This document shows positions 18,486 through 28,597 of a stretch of DNA of 64,000 bases, one piece after another; position 1 is the first letter of the stretch; each line of letters opens with the position of its first letter. Position numbers and translations under genes: made by a program. Origin of the DNA: an uncultured candidate division Zixibacteria bacterium (lineage in GTDB: Bacteria > Zixibacteria > MSB-5A5 > GN15 > FEB-12); NCBI GenBank assembly GCA_963735035.1, contig CAVTJJ010000004.1:1-64000 (forward strand), given 5' to 3'. A model generated the notes under the pieces. The model saw only the letters and a list, made by a program, of their open reading frames with translations. It was not told the origin of the DNA and ran no database searches.

Positions 18486-19538
18486 TTAGTGCTCCGAAGT
18501 CACCGCTACCCGCCGTTCAGCCTTGAGTCGATTAACGGTACCTTGTTGTAGATGCTCAGTGGAGGAACTCGATTCGCCCGGCCGATGAAACATCACGGCC
18601 CGCTTGTCGATATCGGACATACGGTAGTACTCTACCGGCATCCGTTTGCACGCCGAGATGAAGTTGTCATTCGATAACGGCGACTGAATCCGGTAGCTCA
18701 GATATTCAGCCAGGTCGGAATGGACGCTCAGGTTATCGACGGGCGACCCGAAACGGGCGAGGAAATTGGCTACCTTCTGCGGGTCGGCCACGCGAAGGAG
18801 CAGGAAATCAGCCGAAGTAATCCGGTTCTGCAGACTGAGAGCGGTAAGTTGATTGCTGACTCTCAGCGCTTCATCATGAATCTGGTTTAGTTGCCTCGTG
18901 GCCAGCGTCTTGTCGGTCAGCGACATAGATAGCAGGCGAAACATGGTCGTGGTAATGTGCGACCACTGGTAATAATTCTTGAAGCCGCTGATAAAATGCG
19001 GCGAACCGATCAAGCAGCCCGATTCGTCCGAGCGAATCCCGAACCCCGCCGTGAGAGAGCGGATCACAACTACGTTGTCATACTTGGCGATGAGCGGTAT
19101 TCCCGAAATGCCGTAATAGTCAAAATACTTTTCGTCGATTATCAACACGCCGTTCGATACTTTTTCCGCGATTCGACTCAGATGATTGTTCGACATATCC
19201 GATCCGGTAACTCGGTTCGGATTGGAGACATGAACCAGGTTGGCGGGAGAATCAATCATCTCGATGACGTCCTCCGGATGACTGACAAAAGGCGAAGCCC
19301 CGGGGATTTCCACCGCCTGCAAACCGGCCCGTTCGACCGCCATCGCCAGATCGGCTGACGCATGTCCGGCGATCAACAGCCGACTCTGGTTCTGACCGAT
19401 ATGCTCCAGCAACGCTGTCATCATTTCGGTAAAATCCGTGAACGGAATGACGGTCGAACTGTCGACTTCAAGTCGTGCCGCCAGCTTCTCCAGAAGGTCG
19501 TCGGCATGGTCGCGTGTGATAGTGGCTATCCTGTCCAT
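18486..19538 (-). CDS. Degenerate class I/II aminotransferase-fold (HisC-like) protein
   Basis: SNPNRVTG, IIDEKY, VIRSLTAGFG align to NPNNPTG, DEAY, RTFSKAYG; PLP lysine absent. Confidence 0.75.
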   Translation of the reverse strand: MDRIATITRDHADDLLEKLAARLEVDSSTVIPFTDFTEMMTALLEHIGQNQSRLLIAGHASADLAMAVERAGLQAVEIPGASPFVSHPEDVIEMIDSPANLVHVSNPNRVTGSDMSNNHLSRIAEKVSNGVLIIDEKYFDYYGISGIPLIAKYDNVVVIRSLTAGFGIRSDESGCLIGSPHFISGFKNYYQWSHITTTMFRLLSMSLTDKTLATRQLNQIHDEALRVSNQLTALSLQNRITSADFLLLRVADPQKVANFLARFGSPVDNLSVHSDLAEYLSYRIQSPLSNDNFISACKRMPVEYYRMSDIDKRAVMFHRPGESSSSTEHLQQGTVNRLKAERRVAVTSEH

Positions 19539-19680
19539 TTGTTCATCCTCTCGCGAAGGGATAGATGTCCCGGGAGACGGTGACACCGTGGGGGGTTCTG
19601 AATTCTGATGATGTTACGAAGCTGAAATCCATTTCTCTGCTTCCGGGCACTTTGCCCTGTTAAATCCGCTCTGTATCTTT

Positions 19681-19745
19681 GCAAGTCTCGTGCCGTAGTG
19701 TGCAGTTATTGAGCAGCAATTTGACCGTTGTGAATCAACAGGTTA
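19681..19745 (-). promoter_or_regulatory. Sigma54 (-24/-12) promoter with upstream IHF site
   Basis: CGGCACGAGACTTGCA (GG-N10-GC) on minus strand; AATCAACAGGTTA at 19733-19745 fits WATCAANNNNTTR. Confidence 0.72.
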
Positions 19746-19925
19746 CGACGAATAATTGCTGTGGTTTTGGGGTTCTCTAGGAAGTCCCGTTGGGAAGTGG
19801 GAAGGTTCTTCCCGGTAGCCCAGAAAATCCCGACAAAATAGATCGCCCGGAACAAGAGCTTGCCCCGGGCGACCTTTTAGGAAGGTGAGAAAAGAGACCT
19901 ATTCAAGGACTGTTTATTTTGTTTC

Positions 19926-22319
19926 CTATAGTCGATTGATAACAAGAACCGTGGTCAGCACACCCGCAACCGCGGAAAAGGTCGTGGTAAGTGACTTCAT
20001 GAAATCTCTCTCTTTGTGAATCTTGGTGGGGACCACGATGATGTCGCCGAGATTGACCCGTCGATTCACCGATCCGCTGCCGGAATAAACCTCGCCGTTG
20101 GCCTTGATCAACCGCAGACCATCTTTGTCGGCCTGGGTGGAAAAATTTCCCGCCCGCTTGACGTAGAATCCGGCCTTTTCTCCGTCCTGAAACTTGATCG
20201 TCCCGCTGGATCCAACCGCGCCCAGAACCGAGATGCCGCTGGGAATTTGCGGCACAAAGATCCGGTCGCCCGGCTCCAGGACGATATCGCCGCTCGTTCC
20301 TTGTGAGGAGAGCAGATGTTCGACATCAAGCACAATACGATTCATAGAATTGGCTTCGAATTCGAATAATACCTGGCGGGATATCTGACCGGTCGAATCC
20401 TCCACTACGGGACTCGATTTTTCGAGCAGGTCCGGGATTCGCTTGCGGGTCAGAGATTCACCGATCGAGGGTCTCTCGAAAATAGTACCGGCCGGGAATG
20501 AACTCGCGGTCACGCCGCCCACTCTGGTGAGCAGGTTGTAAAGAGTCTCGTCACGCCCCGCCAGAACATACTCGCCGGGATACATCACTTCCCCTTCAAT
20601 CATTACGGTGCGATGTAGCTCCCAGTTCGGAAGCGGGCGCACATAGACCCGGTCGTCTTCCTGTAAGCGAATCCGGCGCTGATCGTCCAGGCTGAGGTCT
20701 GCCTCTATCAGGGTCACTTCACCCGCCGAGTCGGTGCGGGCGACTTCGGCACGATAGAGTGAGGCGCCCCGTACAAATGATCCGGCCAGGAAAATGAGGT
20801 CTTCCACGTTCATGCTGTCATAGTAAAGATATTGCCCCGGTGCCTTCACTTTACCCTCGATATAGACATACCGGTTCCAGGTGACGTCCTGTATTGAGTA
20901 GACATGCAGCGAATCGCCGTCCTGGAGTAGAACATTGTTGACGCTGTCTCCCAGGATAGCCTTTCCGAGATCGACCGGGATGACTTCACGATGCGAATCG
21001 CTGTGACGACGGAATAGATTGGCTCGCTTGAAATGTACATCATAAGGCTGCAATTGTGCCCGTTCGATCAGATCGGATACCCGGGTGGAATCGGTCCGTT
21101 CGTAGTAACCCGGATGTTTCATCAGACCAAAAGCGGCCACCATGTTGCGTTTCATTTCGAATATCGAGAACAAAGTCAGCCGATCTCCATCGGCCAGCTT
21201 CACATCCTTTTGTGCCGCGGAATCTTCGGACAGATTCAAGTCGAGAACTTCCCACTGGTCGCCGCCCGAAACCCGCTCAAGCATGACCCGATTCAAATAG
21301 GCGTCGGCGCTGGCGTTGCCCGCCAGGGCGAGGATCTCTCTACCCGTTTGTTCGCCCCGAAGCTCGTAAATAGCGGGACGCCGGATTTTACCTCGGATGG
21401 CCACCCTGGGGCCGGCCACCGGGACGAATATGGCGTCTCCCGACTCCAGGCGTGCGTCGGTAGAATTGTCCCCGGCCAGCAGGAATTTGTACAAATCCAC
21501 TGAGGTTACCTGCGTGCCTTTCCGCATCAGACGGATATCGCGCATCGAACCGTTTTCGGTGGGACCGCCGGCCAGATATAGGGCGTTGAATAGCGACGTC
21601 AATGACGACACCGTATAGGCGCCGGGGCGATAGACTTCGCCGGTCAGATAGATTCTGATAGAGCGAATCTTTCCCAGCGACACGCTCAGATCGAAACTGG
21701 TATAGATCGTAGCCATTTTGAGACGCATTTGATCCTGAAACGCGGCCAGCGTGTGACCCCAGGCGATTACTTCGCCGACCTGAGGCACAAATACCCGTCC
21801 CTCACGATCAACGGTCAGAGTGTATTCATTTTCCACCTGGCCCCATAGGGAAACGATGAGATTATCTCCAGGGCCGAGGATATAGTCTGAGGCGGTGGCG
21901 ATATCATCCGGGGGCGTCCCCTCACGCGGTCCGCCAAACAGCTCCGTTCCAAACGGCTTAAGGTCTTCAAACGGGGTCAACCCGTTCTGATCGGTTGGCT
22001 TCTTTTCTGGCGTCTCAGGCGTCTCAGGCTTCTGGGACTTCTTGGGAGATTTGGTGGTCTTGGGCGCTGATTGCTTTTGAAGCGTGTCTGGGACCTGGAT
22101 CAGAGAACTGGAATCGCTGTCATATATGACCGGCGATTCATAGGTCTGCCGTTCGGGTTTTATGGTCTCTGGTTTGCCCAGACGCGCCTTGAGGGCGGTT
22201 TTTTCTGACTCACTCAGCTTAGCCAAATCATCGGCGGTCTGAGCGGCAGCCCTGGTAAACCAGTTAAGACACACCAGTATTATAACCAGGGTTATAAGAA
22301 TCATTCTCTTGTTCATCAT
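19926..22319 (-). CDS. Polysaccharide export protein with multiple SLBB domains (Wza/KpsD-like)
   Basis: DYILGPGD, GEVYRPGAY, ALYLAGGP and repeated L..GD SLBB units. Confidence 0.93.
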   Translation of the reverse strand: MMNKRMILITLVIILVCLNWFTRAAAQTADDLAKLSESEKTALKARLGKPETIKPERQTYESPVIYDSDSSSLIQVPDTLQKQSAPKTTKSPKKSQKPETPETPEKKPTDQNGLTPFEDLKPFGTELFGGPREGTPPDDIATASDYILGPGDNLIVSLWGQVENEYTLTVDREGRVFVPQVGEVIAWGHTLAAFQDQMRLKMATIYTSFDLSVSLGKIRSIRIYLTGEVYRPGAYTVSSLTSLFNALYLAGGPTENGSMRDIRLMRKGTQVTSVDLYKFLLAGDNSTDARLESGDAIFVPVAGPRVAIRGKIRRPAIYELRGEQTGREILALAGNASADAYLNRVMLERVSGGDQWEVLDLNLSEDSAAQKDVKLADGDRLTLFSIFEMKRNMVAAFGLMKHPGYYERTDSTRVSDLIERAQLQPYDVHFKRANLFRRHSDSHREVIPVDLGKAILGDSVNNVLLQDGDSLHVYSIQDVTWNRYVYIEGKVKAPGQYLYYDSMNVEDLIFLAGSFVRGASLYRAEVARTDSAGEVTLIEADLSLDDQRRIRLQEDDRVYVRPLPNWELHRTVMIEGEVMYPGEYVLAGRDETLYNLLTRVGGVTASSFPAGTIFERPSIGESLTRKRIPDLLEKSSPVVEDSTGQISRQVLFEFEANSMNRIVLDVEHLLSSQGTSGDIVLEPGDRIFVPQIPSGISVLGAVGSSGTIKFQDGEKAGFYVKRAGNFSTQADKDGLRLIKANGEVYSGSGSVNRRVNLGDIIVVPTKIHKERDFMKSLTTTFSAVAGVLTTVLVINRL

Positions 22320-22685
22320 CACCTTCCTATAGCGATGAGCCGCTGTCCTTGCGGCTGCATTCGAACCGTCAGACGGTACTACAAGCCCGGTGCCAACCAT
22401 TTCTGTTTCAAGTTATGTCTGTGTGACAGAATGGGTTGACATCGGTCGGTGCGAACTCAGGCGGACTTGACCCGACCTCTGAAGCACATCGGCTTCCGGG
22501 TGCGGCGGAACAATTTTCCCGATTCCCCTGGTGGAGCCGGCGACAATTTGCATGTGAACCGAACGTCCGGGCTATCCTTGGGCCATTTACGTCGGAGGAA
22601 AGACAATAGAAAATCGGGCAAATTAGAGCCCCAAAGAGCCTTTGGCTGCGAATTTTCGATGAATGCAAAAAAGGGTGGTCGCGCT

Positions 22686-22714
22686 TGACATTGCTGGGAG
22701 GCTGTTGTAAGTTG
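22686..22714 (+). promoter_or_regulatory. Sigma70-type promoter for the fadL-like operon
   Basis: TTGACA-17 bp-TAAGTT. Confidence 0.5.
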
Positions 22715-22874
22715 CGAACCGTTTTTTTGACGGAGCGTGTGGTTGGATCGTCAGTATTGACAAGAGCTTGGCGAGGCCCTAAACGGTGTCTGACGTTGAC
22801 TTGATTCGTGACCTCCAGCCAGACCAAAAGATGTGACTAATTGGATAAGTTTGAGTTATAGGACGGAGAACCGA

Positions 22875-24344
22875 ATGCGGATTCTAAGAGTGGCCGTAGC
22901 AGTTCTGATGCTGTTTGCTTGTGGTGGCAGCTATGTTCATGCCAGCGGCTTTGAGAACACCGGCCTGGGAACGACGGCGCGAGGCATGGGCGGCGCTTTC
23001 CGTGCAATTGCAGATGATTGGAGTGCTGCTTACTACAACCCGGCAGGCCTGGCCTATGTGGTCGACAACCAGCTTGGCGGTAATCTTGCCCTGATCCATT
23101 TCCGCAACGAGATTACCCCCCACTACCTGGCCACTGATCATAACGGTAACCAATACGGCTGGGGAATTGTGAACGATCAGAAGATCTACAACTTCCACCG
23201 TATCCTCAACAACCCTTCAGCCGGGATGGTTTTCCGGCTGCCGGTGTGGGGCGAGACCGTATTCGGCCTGTCTGTTTATCAGCCCTTCGATCAGAGTCTC
23301 CGCTGGCGCCTGTTCAACCTGGGTTCCGCCGGTATGCGCTCCTATAACTGGGCAGCCGACACCAGCTCTCTGATTCCGGGTCAGGACCATCTCGTCGATC
23401 TCGACGTCGTAGCGTTCCAGGTTTCCGCCGCCAAGACCTTCATGGAAGAGAAGCTCGCCATAGGTGTCGGATTGCAGCTCCTTCGCGGCGACCTCTGGTA
23501 TACTGATCTTGCTCTCCGGGAAAATCCTCGTGAAGCGCCTGTCTCGAATCGTCCACGTGACCATATCCCCGAGTATGTTGACAGCCAGGGTAAGGGCTGG
23601 GGTTTCGGCCTTCGCGGCGGCGTACAGTACAAACTCAACGAGAAGATCAAGCTGGCCGCTTCCTTTTACCTCCCGTCGAGCATCACTCTCAAAGGCACTA
23701 CGGCCTACACTTTCATATTGCCCCGGGCGGCTTATGTTGTTGTAGACGCTAATTCCGCCGACGAATTGTTCGTCTCGGGTGCCATTGTGAAGCAGGCCTC
23801 GAATTTTGAATCCAAACTGAAACTGCCCTCGTCGATATCATTCGGCGTCGCTTATCAGGCTACTGAAAAACTGACGGCCGAGTTGGACGCCGAATACACT
23901 TTCTGGTCGCAATACAAAGGTCTGGCGTTTGCCTTCACCGAGTTCTCCAGTACACCCAGGTTCGAACAGGCATTTTTCCAGTCCAATCTGGCCAGTCCGG
24001 TCGAATGGGATAATGCCGGCAAGGTCGCTCTCGGGTTGCGCTACCTCCTCCACCCCAAATTGACTCTCCTGGCGGGCGGCTCGGTAGATCAATCGCCGGC
24101 CCGTAATTGTACAATATTCACGCCCCAATTCATGGATTTGGGAACTAAGAAGAGTTTCAACGGCGGCGCTGTTTTCCACATAAATCAGTGGGACCTCGGA
24201 ATAGTCACCAGTTACTTCAGCTACCCGGATGTCAATCTTAAGGGACTGATCGACTTTAACGGTGACAACACGTACGACAACTTCCCCGGTGTCTACAAAG
24301 CCAGCACCTACGAAACAGTGCTGTCAATAGGCTACCGGTTTTAG
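22875..24344 (+). CDS. OmpP1/FadL/TodX family outer-membrane transporter
   Basis: ASGF...GMGGA..AIADD.SAAYYNPAGL N-terminal hatch; C-terminal YRF. Confidence 0.92.
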   Translation: MRILRVAVAVLMLFACGGSYVHASGFENTGLGTTARGMGGAFRAIADDWSAAYYNPAGLAYVVDNQLGGNLALIHFRNEITPHYLATDHNGNQYGWGIVNDQKIYNFHRILNNPSAGMVFRLPVWGETVFGLSVYQPFDQSLRWRLFNLGSAGMRSYNWAADTSSLIPGQDHLVDLDVVAFQVSAAKTFMEEKLAIGVGLQLLRGDLWYTDLALRENPREAPVSNRPRDHIPEYVDSQGKGWGFGLRGGVQYKLNEKIKLAASFYLPSSITLKGTTAYTFILPRAAYVVVDANSADELFVSGAIVKQASNFESKLKLPSSISFGVAYQATEKLTAELDAEYTFWSQYKGLAFAFTEFSSTPRFEQAFFQSNLASPVEWDNAGKVALGLRYLLHPKLTLLAGGSVDQSPARNCTIFTPQFMDLGTKKSFNGGAVFHINQWDLGIVTSYFSYPDVNLKGLIDFNGDNTYDNFPGVYKASTYETVLSIGYRF

Positions 24345-24356
24345 GAGATTGGGAAG

Positions 24357-25805
24357 ATGCAGAAATACTTGATACTTGTGGCGGGTGTGCTGATTATCGC
24401 AGCGATCATGTTCGGATGTGACGATCGCGGCACCGGCATTACTCCGTCAGACATGGGCGATCTTGAGAACTGGGCCCTGGCCCCATTAGACGGGCATGTG
24501 TTCCAACCGGCACTCACCCTGCAATTGCGCAATAGCACCGAGCAGTTGCTCAACTCGATGTATGTGCCACCGGAAGGTCAGAAGCCCGAACCGGATCCGC
24601 TGCCACTTCTGGTGCTTCTGGCGCCCGAGACCGGCAGTCAGTACTACTATTTTGAGTCCGGCCTTGGGGAGTTGATTCGGGAACTGACGGCCAGCGGCCA
24701 GATCAAACCGATGATCGTTTACTGCGTAGCCAGCGATCAGACTTTTGGTGGTTACTTCTACGGCAACAGCGATCCGGCCGGCCGATATGACTCCATCTTC
24801 AACAGCGATGGAGTGGATTATCTTTCGGGACGGGACGACATCCTGGAATTCGTCCACCGAGAGACCAATGGCGCGACTATCGATATGCCGTCGAAGCGTG
24901 GTATTGGCGGTATCGGTCAGGGCGCCTATGGTGCCTTCCGTGTAGCCATAAAGAACCCCGGTCTGTTTTCATCGATTTCCGTGGCCGACGGTCCGCTTGA
25001 TTTCGACGGGGCCGACGGCAACAGCGGTTTGATCGGTCTATTCCAGAGCGCATTGGAAGAAGAGAAGAATTACTATTACCACTCAGCCCCGACGGTCGAC
25101 ACCATTAGTGATAGCGTTATTGTTCCGGGTCGCAACTATGACTATGTCAAAATTGATACTACCATCGTCGACGGAGTAATCGTGACCATTGATACCACCT
25201 GGATCGATTACGACACCGTGCCATTCAACTATTATCGCGATTTTGATACATCCCTGACCATGCCGCTGGCAATGATGTTAATGGGTGGCTCCCTTGCTTT
25301 CTCCCCCAATGACACCCTGATAACGTACAATCGTATCGCGATGGATTCGATCAACCTCTACAGAGTCGAGAATGTCGTTCAGTATCAACTTGTGGATAGC
25401 ACGGGGGGCGATTCTACGACCCTGATCAGGAATGTCATTAGGAAAGGTTCGACTTCGCACAATCTCGAAATGGATTTTCACCTGCCATTCGACAGCAACG
25501 GCGCGGTATACACGCCGATCTGGAACAGATGGATGGATAACAACCTGCAGAATATGTACATGGCTCAAGGCGACCAACCGCTCAATGGCATGAAGATGTT
25601 CATTGCCACGAATCCCAACGCTCGCTGGAATTACTACGCTATGACTCAATCGTGGATCAGCTTCCTGGGAAGCCAGGGTCTTGACACGTTGATCACGGAG
25701 TATCCTTATTCCAGCTACAATGAAAACCCGGTTGTCCACGACGAGTACTTGTTTGATCTGCTGCGGCAGATGTTGATTTTCCACTCGAACAACTTCAACA
25801 AGTAA
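24357..25805 (+). CDS. Lipoprotein with alpha/beta-hydrolase (esterase-like) fold lacking the nucleophile Ser
   Basis: Lipobox MFGC; PLLVLL, IKPMIV, RGIGGIGQGAYGA..A.KNPGLFSS motifs. Confidence 0.72.
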   Translation: MQKYLILVAGVLIIAAIMFGCDDRGTGITPSDMGDLENWALAPLDGHVFQPALTLQLRNSTEQLLNSMYVPPEGQKPEPDPLPLLVLLAPETGSQYYYFESGLGELIRELTASGQIKPMIVYCVASDQTFGGYFYGNSDPAGRYDSIFNSDGVDYLSGRDDILEFVHRETNGATIDMPSKRGIGGIGQGAYGAFRVAIKNPGLFSSISVADGPLDFDGADGNSGLIGLFQSALEEEKNYYYHSAPTVDTISDSVIVPGRNYDYVKIDTTIVDGVIVTIDTTWIDYDTVPFNYYRDFDTSLTMPLAMMLMGGSLAFSPNDTLITYNRIAMDSINLYRVENVVQYQLVDSTGGDSTTLIRNVIRKGSTSHNLEMDFHLPFDSNGAVYTPIWNRWMDNNLQNMYMAQGDQPLNGMKMFIATNPNARWNYYAMTQSWISFLGSQGLDTLITEYPYSSYNENPVVHDEYLFDLLRQMLIFHSNNFNK

Positions 25806-25822
25806 TCGCACTGATCGTTTTT

Positions 25823-25857
25823 CGGCCCGGAGGATAGTGTTCCTCCGGGCCGTTTTT
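25823..25857 (+). terminator. Rho-independent terminator
   Basis: CGGCCCGGAGGA-loop-TCCTCCGGGCCG followed by TTTTT. Confidence 0.85.
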
Positions 25858-25874
25858 GTAAGAGGACCACACTT

Positions 25875-26597
25875 ATGAAAACTTCCGGCAATTACGATCT
25901 CATTTCGGTGGGCGCTCACCCGGACGATATCGAAGTCGGTACCGGCGGCGTGCTTATCGATCTGGCCAAACGGGGCTATCGTTGCGGGATCGTCATCATG
26001 ACCCAGGGCGAGATGGGCACCGGCGGCACGGCCGAAATCCGAGCGCAGGAAGTCAAAGACGCCGCCGCGATACTCGGTGTTGATATTCTGGCGACTTTCG
26101 ACTGGGGCGACACCAAACTCGAAGACACCTACGAACACCGCCTCGGCCTGGCGCGGATCATCCGTGATGCGCGTCCGAGAATACTTCTGTCGCCGTATCC
26201 ACATGTCGGCCACGGCCGCCGACAGTCACACCCCGATCATGTGGCGTCGGGCATTATAAGCGTCAACGCGACAAATTTGGCCGCTCTTAAGAAAGTTGAT
26301 CTACCGGGCGAGCCGCATTTGGTAGACCGCATCTTTCATTACTTTCTGCCGCCGGGAGTCTATCCGAATTTCGTGGTGGACATCACCCCGCATTTCGATC
26401 AATGGATCAAGGCGCTGTCGGCGCACAAGTCGCAGTTTCTCAATCCGGAGAAATCGCGGGACTATATCGATTCATTGACTCTGATGTCCCGGTCGTTCGG
26501 GATGCAGGCGCGATGCCAGTATGGCCAGGGATTCTGCGCGGTGGAACCGGTGGTGGTGGGCGACATCATGTCGCTGGCGGTCTCGGACGAACACTAG
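25875..26597 (+). CDS. bshB1: PIG-L family N-acetyl sugar deacetylase (BshB1-like)
   Basis: GAHPDDIE, GEMGT.GT..R..E, HPDH, AHKSQF motifs. Confidence 0.8.
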   Translation: MKTSGNYDLISVGAHPDDIEVGTGGVLIDLAKRGYRCGIVIMTQGEMGTGGTAEIRAQEVKDAAAILGVDILATFDWGDTKLEDTYEHRLGLARIIRDARPRILLSPYPHVGHGRRQSHPDHVASGIISVNATNLAALKKVDLPGEPHLVDRIFHYFLPPGVYPNFVVDITPHFDQWIKALSAHKSQFLNPEKSRDYIDSLTLMSRSFGMQARCQYGQGFCAVEPVVVGDIMSLAVSDEH

Positions 26598-26601
26598 ACA
26601 C

Positions 26602-26785
26602 GTAGGGCGGGTCCGCTTCGAACCCGCCATTGATGAATCGGCAGGGTCCCATCCCTGCCGTGTGCGCTCGGGTGCCCCACCGCTTGCGGTGGGATTAGAT
26701 TTGTACGAGACACGGACTCGAAACGCGACATTCTTGTCGGGTTCACGAGTTGTACGCGAAGCGCACAACGAGCAACCCGACAACC
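26602..26785. repeat. REP cluster
   Basis: GTAGGGCGGGTCCGCTTCGAACCCGCC (identical at 52272), CGGCAGGG..CCCTGCCG and GTGCCCCACCGCTTGCGGTGGG. Confidence 0.82.
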
Positions 26786-26807
26786 CTCTACTGTTCTTAG
26801 CATCCAG

Positions 26808-28214
26808 TTAACGGCGCGATATTCGAACTTTTCTTTCCAGTATCCATCTTTCGATGAAGCCAGCGTCAATGAAGCGCTCACATAACTCAGAGGGGGATTC
26901 GGGAAGATCAAGCCTCCGTACAGAGAAGCCAAGCCGATCAATGATGTCTTGCTTGGCATTTTTGGAGAGTCTAAACTTCTCAACTCGCCGAGCTCTGAAC
27001 ATTTGTTCGAAGAGCGATCCAGTCGTTGCACTGGAAGGGTACTCGGTGGCGCCCATGTGCACATCCCACTGCCAAGTGGCCCACCCACGCAAGCCTGTCA
27101 AGAGAAACTCATGACAATGGCTGGGCATCCATAATGATGATTTGGATAGGAACCAGGCTATATAGTCAATGGTGTCAAACACTTGGGTTGGTGGGCCGAA
27201 CGAGACGGCGAATCCCTGCACGAAGTGGCAGGCGACCGACGCTGGTTCATAATTGCCAAAATCCGGATCGTGCAACGCCATAACTTCGTCACAAAGAGGT
27301 AATTCGCCGTTAGTTGTGAGCGCTATCCCGCATTGAGATCCCTGCGCCTTCCTTACCGCCTGTTCTGCTCGTGATGCTGTATGCCATTCGTCGAACAGCA
27401 ATTCAAAATCACCGCCAAAGCCCGGTATAATGAGTTGTGGAGCATAGCTTGCCAAATAGTGAGGAAATTCTGTGCAAGCAGCTCTAAGTCCAATTGTCTG
27501 CTCTATGAATGCACGTATTTCATCAGGATGCGTAATCTGCGAAATTCGTTGCTTCTTAGCGCACCGTTGCCAATTCATTTGAAGCGCCGCTCCGGCAATC
27601 CTTACACCCTTCTCAGCAGCAGTTTTACCTGACGGGGGTAATGGGAAACCCCATCGACCCCACCCCATGGCCTCCTGAAAGGTACCCTCTTCAGGATTCG
27701 ACCCGCAGTATTCTATTGCCTTGTGCCACCAATCGTCCGTCACGGCAGGCGGATCGAAGCCGACTTCGAGTAGCCTGTCTCTGGCTACTATGAGTGAAGA
27801 ACCCTGTGGGGATATTACCTCTAGTAGCTTTTCAATTACCGTTGCTATATCATCGGCCGGACTGATCGCGTAAAGGTCCGCTAGAGGCGGCGAGAACTGC
27901 AGCACATCGTCGCGTGTAACATCAAGCCAAATTGGCAAGATCACAGGCGATTTCGCATTTGTTTGTAACTGTACGAGACCGCTCAGTTCCCATTGAGGCC
28001 ACGGTTTACTGAAGAAGGATTTGCTAAAGACTACGATGCCAAAACGTGACTTAGATAGACCGTGGTCTATCGATTTCCGAAGACTATCTCCCACTCGAAG
28101 GGTGAATTCATCGTACCAGACCGCCACATTCTTGGCCCTCAGCGATTCCGCCAAGAGCCGTACAAACGGCTCTTTGTCCTCTGACGCATGGCTGATGAAA
28201 GCATCGTAAAACAT
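26808..28214 (-). CDS. TIR-domain protein with uncharacterised C-terminal domain
   Basis: YDAFISHASEDK, VWYDEFTL.VGDSL..ID.GL..SRFGIVV.S, WPQWEL (catalytic Glu). Confidence 0.9.
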   Translation of the reverse strand: MFYDAFISHASEDKEPFVRLLAESLRAKNVAVWYDEFTLRVGDSLRKSIDHGLSKSRFGIVVFSKSFFSKPWPQWELSGLVQLQTNAKSPVILPIWLDVTRDDVLQFSPPLADLYAISPADDIATVIEKLLEVISPQGSSLIVARDRLLEVGFDPPAVTDDWWHKAIEYCGSNPEEGTFQEAMGWGRWGFPLPPSGKTAAEKGVRIAGAALQMNWQRCAKKQRISQITHPDEIRAFIEQTIGLRAACTEFPHYLASYAPQLIIPGFGGDFELLFDEWHTASRAEQAVRKAQGSQCGIALTTNGELPLCDEVMALHDPDFGNYEPASVACHFVQGFAVSFGPPTQVFDTIDYIAWFLSKSSLWMPSHCHEFLLTGLRGWATWQWDVHMGATEYPSSATTGSLFEQMFRARRVEKFRLSKNAKQDIIDRLGFSVRRLDLPESPSELCERFIDAGFIERWILERKVRISRR

Positions 28215-28366
28215 ATGTTGCTCCCCAAAGGTTAGTCAATAGGTAAGGTTAGATGCAAGGACTAATTAGGCGCAAAATCCGTCGTCGGCTGTCCAATGGT
28301 AAGGCGGTTGAAAACGTACTGGCAGAACCACCCGCCCAAGGGTCGGGGGTTCTGCCCTACGTCCCA

Positions 28367-28585
28367 CTAGTGTGGTTTTCTGTGAACAATTGTCAAGGTA
28401 GTCCTCGCTGTTTGAGAAATGTTGCACTCGCCACAAGTACAAATCTTCTCACCGTTGGTTGCCAAATACTCGAGTATCGCCTCTGAGGTGTCCAGCGATT
28501 CGGCGATCTTCACCAAGTCATCACAACTTACACTTCCCAGCGCAATCCCGACCTTGAGTATGTCTATCTCTTCAGTATCACCCAC
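28367..28585 (-). CDS. Small hypothetical protein
   Basis: 72-aa ORF 12 bp downstream of the metB-like gene with a GAGG RBS; no recognised domain. Confidence 0.45.
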   Translation of the reverse strand: MGDTEEIDILKVGIALGSVSCDDLVKIAESLDTSEAILEYLATNGEKICTCGECNISQTARTTLTIVHRKPH

Positions 28586-28597
28586 GTTCGCCTCTAT

